Origin: Chlorokybus atmophyticus
Taxonomy: Eukaryota; Plantae; Mesostigma and Chlorokybus algae
Reading direction: 5' to 3'
NCBI GenBank assembly: GCA_009103225.1
Contig: RHPI01003642.1
Span: 797,099-861,098, forward strand
Length of the DNA stretch: 64,000 nucleotides
Both the position numbers and the translations under genes were made by a program. Positions 11,240-22,302 of the stretch are shown here, in pieces. Numbering within the stretch: position 1 is the first letter of the stretch; each line of letters begins with the position of its first letter. The notes below the pieces were generated by a model. It was not told where the DNA came from, ran no database searches, and saw nothing but the letters and a program-made list of their open reading frames with translations.

Positions 11240-13581
11240 TCAACTGTCTTTAGGCGCAAACTCGCTAGCACTTGTGAGCACCGCGTCAGCGGCTTGGTCA
11301 AGACCCTTTTTGCGTAGCTCGCTCGCTAACCTCTCAGCGTCCGCGGCACTCCTGCACATGTAGCGTTAGCACTTGATGGCCAAGTCAATCAAAGAACTGT
11401 GTGAAAACTACAGCTCTGACTTACATTTTATAGGGTGAATGTGCTGGAGACGGGAATGCGCGCGTCTCAACTTCTCGCTTGTACTCTGCCAGTGCGCGCG
11501 CAATGACGTCACCCACGCGAGCATACTGTTTGCAGAACTTCGGCGTCACCTTCGCATGGTGCGGGTGCTGCATCATACCCAACAAGTCGTGGTACACCAA
11601 CACCTGTTGGACACAAGTCGATGCGTGCCTACATCCGCATGCACCAATGCACGCATGACATCACACGCTACCACATATGCAGGGGTGTGCACGTAATATT
11701 ATATTATACAGATGCATCCACCATTCCTTCTGCATCCATCACACACCTGCCCGGAGGTGTACGGTCCTGCCCCAATCCCAATGGTGGGCACGCTCAGAGC
11801 AGCAGTGACAGCTGCGGCAACTGGAGGGGGCAGACACTCCAATACAATTGCGAAGCAACCCGCCGTTTCGAGCGCCAAAGCTTGCTCCACCACAGTGAGC
11901 GCAGACGATGCAGTCCGGCCCTGCATGCACGAGTCACACATACATGAAGCTCATTTACATGTGCGTGAGGAATGCAAGTCTCATACCTGCGGTCTGAAGC
12001 CGCCGAGGACTGATATGGCTTGTGGGGTGAGACCCACATGGCCCATAACAGCTATGCCGGCGTCTGCGACAGCCGCCGCGGCCGCAACTCGCGCTGGAGA
12101 GCCGCCCTCCAGCTTCACCCCGTCCATGCCGGCCTCCTTGAGAAACCGAACTGCCGATGCTATCGCCTAGCATGAGAACATTTGCACATGCACGCACGCG
12201 TAAGCACAAGCATGAGAGTGTGTGCACGTGCAAGTGTGTGCACATGTGTGCGCATGCATGGCAAGCACATTTCACTCAAATCCTGTGCTTACATTATGTA
12301 AAACAAGAGTTGCATCTCACTAACCTGACGCGTGTCGCTTTCATATGTGCCAAATGGCAAGTCTCCAATCAGCATGGGCACGCGCGCCCCACGCGACACA
12401 CTCTGCGCGTGCAAGATCATGGCGTCAAGGGTAACTGGAAGAGTCGTGTCGTAGCCCAACTGCACCATACCAACGCTGCACAGTTGTAGTTGTCAGCCAC
12501 TCAGCCACAAACAAGTTGCTCTCTCCAGCATGACACACATCGTCGTCACCTGTCGCCAACAAGGACAATGTCTATGCCTGCCTGGTCCACATGCACAGCC
12601 TGCCAATGACGGGTTACTACAAGGAGTTGGCTGTTTTTCTCGACAAACAACCCATGTAAGTGTAGCTTGGGTAGGCTATGGCTTAGCGTTCCCAAGCATG
12701 CATCAAGCTTTCAAGCCGCCATTGCCAAGTGTCATTTTACAGCGCTGCAAACAATGCAACCTGTATGTATGTATGCATGTTGGCCTATCAACCACATGCA
12801 CGTGCACTGGTGTACAGGCAAGTGTCGTGTGACAACGCTGCAAACATGCAACCTGTATGTATGTATGTATGTATGCATGTTGGCCTACCAAACCACATGC
12901 ACGTGCACTGGTGTACAGGCAACTCGTGCAACTGGTTTTCAATACAGCAAAACACAGGTGAGTGATCAAACAGGTACCATCACGCACAGAAGGATAGTCG
13001 TAAGCGGTGACCATCACAATGGGCTCGTTGTTGCGGTGCTTGCGCTGAACATCACGCAGAGTGACGCGCTTCGGGGAGGGCGAAGAGGGGCCACCGTATA
13101 TAGTGCTCTCCGGCAGATTCGAAAAGTAGCGACATGTTCTGCACACAGCAATACAATCATTCATGCAGCTGCAAGGAAAGGCAAATCAGCATTGTGTATA
13201 GCTGGTTGGCTTAGCTAGTGTCGTGCAACTTGTTGCTTGACAAGGCGAACAACCGCGTCAAGCAGCACGAAGCTTACAGCTTGCGATTTATGCTGAGCGT
13301 TACGTAAGCAGTAGTAGCACTTGTTGGTTGCTTGACGAATGCATTAGTGCAGTGCAGTACATAGCAAAGGAAACAGCGTGTGTCGCATTCCAAGAGCATC
13401 ATCATCTAAAATACGCAGCTGCAGGACAAACACAACGGCCACACCAATGCACAAGCCAACATCAACATGCAGCCCAGTATGCCCTGAAATTGCAGGCCCA
13501 CCGTGCTGCCTCGCCAGCAGTTAGCCGCAGACACCGCCGCACGGCCACCCCAAAAGCACCTCCGCCCGCCGCCCACGCCAT
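11240..13581 (-). CDS. panB: 3-methyl-2-oxobutanoate hydroxymethyltransferase (ketopantoate hydroxymethyltransferase), probably mitochondrial
   Basis: Exons encode [13 protein letters not shown]...[37 protein letters not shown]...[19 protein letters not shown]...[11 protein letters not shown]|[27 protein letters not shown]. The last exon ends FAPKDS* (TGA 11240-11242). Start MAWAAGG at 13581. Confidence 0.93.
12727..12922. repeat. Intronic tandem duplication of about 93-103 bp with a variable (GTAT)n tract
   Basis: Two near-identical units (...CGCTGCAAAC(A)ATGCAACCT(GTAT)nGCATGTTGGCCTA...CCACATGCACGTGCACTGGTGTACAGGCAA) inside a panB intron. Confidence 0.85.
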
Positions 13582-14609
13582 GCCCGCAGCGCCTGCCTCA
13601 GCGCCGCCCCCCACAACGTGCTTCGTGCATGACGGCAACAACGGCAGTCTCAGCCAGTGTGCCGCTCAAGATGAGTCCACTTCTGGACTGCTCAGGACTG
13701 CGTCATAGGAGGAGAGACAACCACATAGTGAGGCAAACAAGTGCAGATGCTATGTGTACTAGCCTAATAATACGTGCGCTGCGCGCAATTCACAACAGCA
13801 GTAGCATTGGTGGAAGTTGAGACTTGTCATGGCAGCAAACAACACAACTTACCACGAAGGCAATGCTGTGCTGGGACAATTTTGACAAACGCATGGGCGC
13901 TTCCTACTGTGCATAGCTGCAACCCATCAGCAAACGATCTTGTTGCCCTCTCCACAAGGTGTTGGGTGGGTTGGGAAATGTTTTGGTGTCTGGAAGTGGC
14001 AAACAACAGTACAGTTTGGCAGGCACTATCAGTTCTTGCACACGGACACATGCGCGACTCATTGTTGGCACATTGAACATTGAGCACAATGCAGCGCATG
14101 TTATTTGATGAGGCAGCAAAAGTGCGCACATTGTGCTAAGACGTTGCGCCGCTTGTCCACACGTTGACCACATGCTGGCCAAACTGTTGAATGATGTGCA
14201 CTGCCACTATGTCAGTAGGCTGCTCTTGCAGGGTTTGGTCGTGGATCGTACCAGCTTATCCAGGGGTCGGGCTGCTCGTTTATTGCACTGCAACCTAACA
14301 AGTGCTGCTGTATGCAAAGCTTAGCACTTGAGTTCAGACAGATCAGCATCAGTTACATCAGCATCACTTACAGTCACTACTCTCATAATCTCACATGCTT
14401 GCCAATGCAGGCCATTAAATCAGAAAGCTCAACCAACTCGCCGTCTATGAAGCATGCCAACGCACTATGTTTGCATGAAGGTCTTATTACTATACATATA
14501 TCCATGTTGCTCCATCAAGTATAGTGTTGGTTATGGATGCACACGAGTTTCACTGTGAAAAGGTATGAAGGCGTACAAATACCCCTAAGAGGCCTGCTTG
14601 TGTACTACC

Positions 14610-17600
14610 TCACGCCTTTTTCTTTGCGAAGGAAGCCTCAATCTCTTCGAGACTGAGACCCTTGGTTTCTGGGACGGACGTTGCCACAAACAGCAGCGCT
14701 GCCAGTGAAATGCCCGCAAAGCCGTAGAAGGTCGGTCCCTGTCCGTAAGCTGCCTGCCGCACACAAAGCACGCGTAACCAACATAGACTTAAGCAACGGC
14801 AATCATTTACACGCACGCGCACACGCGCGTACAACATGCTGCATTGCATACTGATAGCTGAGTGCACCTCAAATGGTGGTAAGCAGAACGCCACCAAAGC
14901 ATTGGAGCTGAAGTTGACAAGTGTTGCAATGCTCAGCGCTCGCGACCGTACCCGCAAAGGAAAGATCTCGCTGACCATCAGCCAAGATATCGGGCCGAAA
15001 GATATCTAAGGCGATGTAATTATTATTATAGTTGCATGCACCATGAGAAGATGCAATGGCAAGATTGCACAAGTGTTACTGGTACCTGATAACAGCTGAC
15101 GTACAACAGGAGTGCTGCGACGCTTGCAACAGGGCTGACATAAAGGCCATTGCCGGCAAACGTGTACCCCGTACCCAACATGAGTAAGCTGACCAAAATG
15201 CCTCCAATTCCTGCGCACAAGCATTGATTACCTTGAGAACTCTGACTGCCCACTCGGCTAGCCTTGCGCGAGGCTAGCCAAGTGGTCAGTACGGATCCTT
15301 CACAGTTGTGAGGCGCAATGTTGTATGTGCCTGATACATGTGTCAAACTGCCAGCAACTTGCTGATTGTCATGGTGAACGTTGCTTGCAAACTCATTGGT
15401 AGCACAACTCAATGAATGCATGCATGCACGCATATATGTGTGCATACCTGCAAGAAGGAGTGGTCTGCGGCCGAGCTTGTCGACTGTTAGGACTGCCACA
15501 CCAGTCATAGCCAGTTTGAGGATGCCGAGAGCAACAGAGGCCTCAGCGGCATCGTTGACGCTCTTCAAGCCGGCTTGCTGAAAGATTTGGTTCGCATAAT
15601 ACAGCACAGAGGGCTGCCCGGTTATCTGCTGGAAGAGGACAAGTCCGCTCCCAATGACAAGTGCCGTTTTGTTTGAGCCTTGCAACAACTCCTGCCAACC
15701 AGCATTCTGCACACGAAGTACAGTCCAAGTTTTTCCAGGCTTGTTGAATGGCCTCACACAGCGATTTCACACGCGCAATGTGCTGTCACCTGTGTTGTCT
15801 TCTCAGCATAGAGCGATTGCTCGCATTGATGGCATTCGGCTTGAACTGCAGCATCCGAAGCAGATGGGCCGCGAAGTTGGCGGACAGCTTGCAAAGCGGC
15901 CTCACGTGCTTCCGCCAGCTGTGCTTTTCCTGAAAGACAACCGTATGCCAACATGGCAAGCTACTGCTGATGATTCTGGTGCAAATTCTACATGCATACC
16001 TTCGCTGGCTCGCAAGAGCAACCAGCGGGGCGATTGTGGCAGCGTGGCCATGCCTGCAGCCATGAGTGCCGCAATTGGCAACGCAGCGCCCAGCATGTAC
16101 CTCCAACCACCAACCGTATCAACCCAGACGTCACCCACCACGTAACCCAGCTGCAACACAGGAATACACGGAAGCATTCTCAATACTGTCGCACTGCTTA
16201 CTTCGCTTGCAATGCCATCGAGGCAAAATGCCTTTGCCACAATATGATGCCAGCTCGGACTTCAGTTTTTAAGTTTATCGCAACAAAATAGTAGAACTTT
16301 ACCACACGCATACCAATATGCCAGCGACGATGAAGCACTCCTTCAACGAGATCAAGGTGCCGCGCACTTGCGAGGGGCAGCTCTCTGCTATGTACATTGG
16401 TGCTGCATGCATGGCCTGTCAAAGGCAGTTGTGTGTTGCAACAAATAAAATAAAACACTGAGCATAGTCCCACTATAGTATCCCTTACCAGGCCAATGCC
16501 AACACCGTATATGCAGCGCCCCAGCACGAGGATTGAGAGCGAATCTGCTGAAAACATCAATCCTGCTCCCGCTGCATAGAGAGCAGCCGCTGCCAGCAGC
16601 TCTCGTTTTCTACCTGCCGGATGAGCATGTTGCTAGTGTGCTGAGGACCTGAACTGTGTTGCACACCACAATGCTGCTCACCTAGAAAGTCGGCGACATT
16701 GAAGGCAAGAATGGAGCCCGCCAGCGCTCCTACCAACGACCCGCTGACCTGAACAAGTCACGAGTAAGCAAATGTTTTCAACAGAAAGAGACAGGATTCA
16801 GGGAACTCGGTTGCAAAGCGTGCATGCTTTCGTGCACACGCACATATACAGCCTAGCGGTCATGCACATGTGGTGTGGTGGGGTGGGGTGTTCAGCTGGC
16901 CTGTGCTGCATGCGTGTGCAATATTGATGGTGCATGTGCCCTTCCGTGCTGAGGCATAACAACACGCCTACTTACTTACCACAGAACCTGTGGCGAACGG
17001 GGATAGCTCATACCAAGAAGTTCCACTGAGGTCTGCATTCTAAGGAGCAGGTCTCTGTTACGCACAGTACACTACAATGCGTGCTTCTTGATCAGTATAC
17101 CTTCAACGAGACGACTGCTCCCGATGTTGCCCCAATATCAAATCCAAACAGCAGCCCGCCAATCGCAGGGAACAAAAACCTGGCAGGGCACGGCGCAATC
17201 ACGCGCGCTCCCTAAGCTCGCTTGTGCGCGTGCAGCAACTGACAGGTGTAGTGTGTTGTCCATGTTGATCTGCATGCGATTTGCCATGTTCATGTGGACA
17301 CTTACGGCAAGGCAACGGCTCCCCAGTCCACTTCTGTTGGCGGCTGGTCGGCTGGTGCTTGCGTAGCTTCAGTTGTGCTTGGCTCTTCCTAACAACACAT
17401 GCACAATGCAATCACGTGTCCACTACCTCAATGTCTCGCTATTGCTTCTAGGTAGCACATGCATGTGAGGACAAGTCACGCGGGAAAACCAGCAACCGAG
17501 AAAACAAAGCGAGGCTAACCAGCAGTTTGTGCTGCTTGGGGTATACAAGAACCGTTGCAAGTCTAGCACGACTGCATGCATTATTGGCTATGGGAATGGA

Positions 17601-17890
17601 AGTACACTTTCGAGTCATCAGTCTAGATTAACTTAGTAGTTCACCTGCAAGTGTGACTCGGCTTGCGTGTCCGCCTTCTGGGCGCAAACGCGCAATCCTC
17701 GCCTAACCCGTCGTCGCATGGAAGTCGCTGCTGCTGCTGGCGAGCGTGAAGCAATGCGAAGCTGTTTGCTCATGTCATCCTTTGCCTTCGATCGGTGAGA
17801 GGCATGGCTTGAAGCAGCTTGGATTATGGAGGGCCGTGTCAGCAGAAGCGGCGAGGCGCATTGGCAGGCGCCCAGCCACACGCCCGCCAT
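14610..17890 (-). CDS. MFS sugar porter, D-xylose-proton symporter-like / VGT-pSuT type, probably plastid-targeted
   Basis: Exons encode SWYELSPFATGSV|VSGSLVGALAGSILAFNVADFLGRKRELL, MHAAPMYIAESCPSQVRGTLISLKE, LPQSPRWLL, LFQQITGQPSVLYYA, VDKLGRRPLLLAG, VSEIFPLRVRSRA and VPETKGLSLEEIE. TGA at 14610-14612. Ser/Arg/Ala-rich N-terminus from ATG 17890. Confidence 0.92.
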
Positions 17891-18380
17891 GACGTGCGCA
17901 GCAGCCTCGCTGTCACTGAGTGGAAAGCAACTATCTATCGTGTGCAACTGTTGCAGCAGGCTGTTGTTTCGCTTGCAGAGACGGAACAAAAGTAGGAACG
18001 CTTCACTGGTTACTTGCTTGCGCCTGCGCCGCCTCTCTGCTGCTCCCTGTGTGCGCCCGCATGCAGGCACGTACACCACCAGCGTGGCCTTACCGTCAGC
18101 TTATGATCGGCTGTGGCAAGCGGCGGAAGGCGCGCTAGTGATGTCACACATCGCTAGCCAACAATAACTAAGAAAATATAATGGCATACCATGTACATTT
18201 GAGACAACATGTTGTGCTTACATCAAGAGACTGTTTTATACATAGTGCAGTTGTTCATGAAATTATCAACATAACACATGCAGTGCATGAACAAGCCATT
18301 AGTATGTACATTAAAACGTTGCACGTATACATTTTACTTGTTTGAATGTTGTGCATGCAAAAAAATCAAGCACGTATGTC

Positions 18381-18421
18381 ATGAAGTGCAAGCTACATGT
18401 ACAATGTAGCTTGCACTTCAT
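18381..18421. repeat. Perfect 18-bp inverted repeat with a 5-nt loop
   Basis: ATGAAGTGCAAGCTACAT-GTACA-ATGTAGCTTGCACTTCAT. Confidence 0.9.
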
Positions 18422-18502
18422 ATTATTTACACATTACTGAAATTGCTCTTTTTGTATCCTTGTAAGTACTAAATGTGCCTACGCAATTGCATGGAGTTCA
18501 TC

Positions 18503-18569
18503 ACAGCATGCATACTGACCAGCATGCTGTGTATGCTGTGCATTGCAGCATGCACAGTATGCATGCTGT
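18503..18569. repeat. 15-bp perfect inverted repeat enclosing a partly self-complementary spacer
   Basis: ACAGCATGCATACTG (18503-18517) and CAGTATGCATGCTGT (18555-18569). Confidence 0.85.
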
Positions 18570-20224
18570 AATGACCTCTTTATAAAACAATGGTGTTCTT
18601 AGAACGATGTGACGTCTCACTTTTGTCGAATACACAGACCACTTGATCAACATCTATTGATCGTAAAAACCCATGCTGATAAAAACGTGGTATCGTGTGG
18701 TATATTATGGAACATTTATGGGACCGGCCTCCACCTATTGTAGCGGCTTTTGCCAACAAGGTAGAGGTTAAAGACCCCAAATCCATAGGCTTTCCGACAA
18801 TATCAATGTCAAGTGTCATACACACAAGCGCACACACAGAACCGAGAACGGCATAGAGCAGAGCACAACCAACTAGGGCTATCAATTAAGACATGCTTAT
18901 ACCTCTATATGTGCCGTAGCCAAATGCAGTGCAATGTGGCGGAGGGATAGTGGGCAGGCACACGGCCAAGGCCTAGGCAAGCGGACCTGTGCAACATTTA
19001 GGCCTATGTTACACAGGCTCATTCGTTTGTATGGACGAGCTAAACGTTGAGGAAGTTGGAGATTTTGCATAATACTTGCTCCCAATCTCGTTGTGTTAAT
19101 CCTTGTATCGGTGTAGCGTTGCATGCACTGGGTAATGTGCACTAACGGCTACTAACCTAACCCTAATCGCGACGCTGTAACTGGCGCAGTGTGTCTTGGT
19201 CGTTGTTGTTGTGGCAGAGGTTGGCGGTAAGGTTGGGGCAGTAAGCGCGGGGGATTGTCGCGCTGCACCAGCACGCACGCACAGCACGCTACACACACAT
19301 CGCACCTATCACAAGCGCCCTGCACGCCCACACTCAACAGCCTTTCTCTGCTCCTCTGCTCTCCTCGGCTGCTGCAAGTTGTTACTCGCTTGCTCCTTCC
19401 TTCTTTGCTGCGGCTGGGTGCACATCACTTGCACACATTCGCATTCACGTATGTAGTGGGTTGTATGGTACGCAAGGTTGAGAGGTTGTCGGCTATACCT
19501 CCTGGCTAAAATTGTTGTGCCTTTGCTGGCATAGGTGATTTCCTCGCGATGTTGTTCCACTTTGCAAGTTTATTATGCCGTATGCACGCCTTTCTCAGTT
19601 GCATGTAGATATATTACTTCTGGAAGACAATCTCGCTGATGAAACTTTGCTTTATGAGTCTCGCATTTGCTTCAAGGCAACTTTTGTGCAAATAACAACG
19701 CTTGTTCACAAACCAAACATTTGTGTTTGCACATCCAAACGTGGCATGTGCTCAAGCGCTGTCCCTTGCCTACCCATCACTCAGTGCCTGGACATTCGGG
19801 CTTTCCAATTGGGTACAATCATTTGGTCAGGCTTTGTCGTGATGCCTTGACTATTACCAGACCGTTGCAGAAGTGACTTGTGCCGCAGGGGTGCTGACGC
19901 ATGCTACAACTGCATACCTTTGCCTGTGACTAGCAGAGTGGAACAGCACATATGCAGAGAGTAACTGGAGTGGTTTGCGAGATTAAGCCCACAATCATGC
20001 AACAGACTACTTTTTAACGATACTTGTCCCAAGCAGTCATGATGGTTTCAGTCGACACGCCATTAACTTCACCATAGAACTGGTCACACGCAACGAGGCC
20101 ACCCCGCTTGCTGCGCACAACTCTGGCAGTCTCATTGCGCAAAGTGAAGCCCAATCATGCACAGCAGCAGTCAGGCATAAACCCACTGGCGGGTTCCAGC
20201 AACTTTGCAGGGCAAAAGCTACAC

Positions 20225-21964
20225 TCAAATGGGAACCTTGCCCTTGTCCTTGCGCGGTCGCACGATTGAATCAATGGCCCCATATTCAACAGCCTGTTCT
20301 GGGGTCAGATACATGTTGCCTTTCTCCGCCAAATCGCGCTTCAACTGCCAGCAACAGCAGTCAGTGCCATGCACAAAAACAAGCTCAGGGCAACTTAACA
20401 ACACTACAGTTGTACCTTATCTACGGGCTGGTTTGTGTAGTCCGCCATTCGGTTCATCAGGTACTCCTGCAGCCGCAGTAGCTCTCGTGTCTCATTGATG
20501 ATGTCTGCAGCCTGGCCTTGCGCAGTGCCAGATGGTGCATGCAGCATGATTGTGGTGTTGGGGAAAGCGCCGCGCTTGCCCTGTTGAAGAATGTCTGTAG
20601 AGTGACACACAGAAACAACAAAGCACCATGTACCAGTAGATTTATGCTTGCAGCCTACTGCAACACAAACCTTTGTTCCTGCAGTCAACAACAGGCCTCC
20701 CATCGAGAAAGCATGCCCGAAGGCAATGGTGTTGATCTGGGTCTTGATGTGCTGCATTGTGTCAAGAAGAGCCAGCGTCGCCAACACCTGCAGTCATGCT
20801 GAGTTCATTTCTATATGCTGCACACAACATGCTCTCTAATATGGCATGCAGTTGAAGATGGTCCCAGCGGCAAAATCACTTGGCCAAACCCGCACAATGT
20901 CAAGGGCACATCAACGCCTGTTGTGAAAAGACCTACCTCTCCTCCACCACAATTGATGTAGAACGTTAGGGGCTTTTGGCTTACTGAGTCCAAGTACAGC
21001 AGCGTGGCAACAATGGTGTTGGAAAATTCTTCGTCAATATTTTGACCAATGAACACAACACGCTCGCGATACTGTCAGAAAGAATGTCAGTACCTCATTC
21101 ACTCACAAGTGTAAGTATGCCATGTTGCTGCCAAGTTCCAAACCACAGTACATTCAGCTGTATGTTGTTCAAGGCACACGACTCGTCTGAATGCTAGAAC
21201 ATGGCATCCCAGGAGCAATCATCTTGCTGATGCTAGCTGCAATTGACAGCAATGGCACTTACGAAAATGTTCCAAAGGTCAACCCACTGCATTCCAGGTT
21301 CTCCTGGCGTCTTATACGGCATGCGTGGCACGCCAATTGGCATCATCGTCGTCGGCCTCCTGTATGCCCCTACTCTGCAATCTCGTGCGCTGCCACATCC
21401 GTATACTGAACACGAGAATCACGAACAAAACGACACCCCTAGCACAGCTGTACTGCCCAAACTAGAACATGCAACTAGCAACTGGTGTTTGCACACAATC
21501 AGAGACCAGTTCCAAAGTACTGGCATACCGCGATGTTGGTTGGTTGGTTTGCTTCAGGAAGGCGGCCTCAACGCTCGGTCTCGTACATATCCTGGCTGCA
21601 AGCGGTTATTAGCTTTGAAACAGCAGTCTGTCGAAGCACACGCTATACACCACATAAAACAGTGCATGCAACATGACTTGTGTTTCAACTCGGCTTACCA
21701 TGCGACTCGCCCTGCCACCTACGCACAGCACACAGCCAATTTTGAGCAACGCTACAGCTGCATGTCAAGCAGCAACAGCATGCAACAGCTACGCTACGAT
21801 TGCGTCCAGTCAAAAAGATTTTGTATGCAAATGACATTTCACATCAACACCGCGCACTGCCACTACCTTCTGCCGCTGCTGATAGCGCTACCGCTGCTGC
21901 TGCTGCTGGTGGCGCTGATCACTACAGCGGGAAGCCATGTCGCTGACAGCGACACAGCAGCCAT
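20225..21964 (-). CDS. CLPR2: Plastid Clp protease proteolytic-core subunit, ClpR2-like
   Basis: MMPIGVPRMPYKTPGEPGMQWVDLWNIF|YRERVVFIGQNIDEEFSNTIVATLLYLDS matches the ClpR2 signature. Further exons give GHAFSMGGLLLTAG, IMLHAPSGTAQGQAADIINE and EQAVEYGAIDSIVRPR. TGA at 20225-20227. Transit-peptide exons only partly resolved. Confidence 0.85.
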
Positions 21965-22302
21965 GACGGGAACAGATTCCTGTGTAATCCCGTTACCGCC
22001 GGCGGCGACGACACCCCCAACGACAACGCCCAAGCCAGCGACGGCGGCGATGGCCACAGCAACACCTTACGTTCGCAATGGACACGTAACGTTCTAAGCT
22101 TATGAAACTGCAAGCCCTAAACTTCTTGAACCCGGTTCCTTCGATCTGGATGGCATGCATCAAGTGCGGCGGTGTGAGCTGTAATGTTGGCGACATTGCC
22201 GGCGGCGGCGGCGGCGTTGCCCGGGAGCAACGCGCTGTCCGTGTAATTGTCGTGCTGCTGAATTCTTCGAGGATACCGTCAAAGGCCAATGTGGCGTGTG
22301 GT

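Noticed and set aside
21243-22097. 284-aa plus-strand ORF
   Set aside because: Antisense shadow of the ClpR2 exons and introns.
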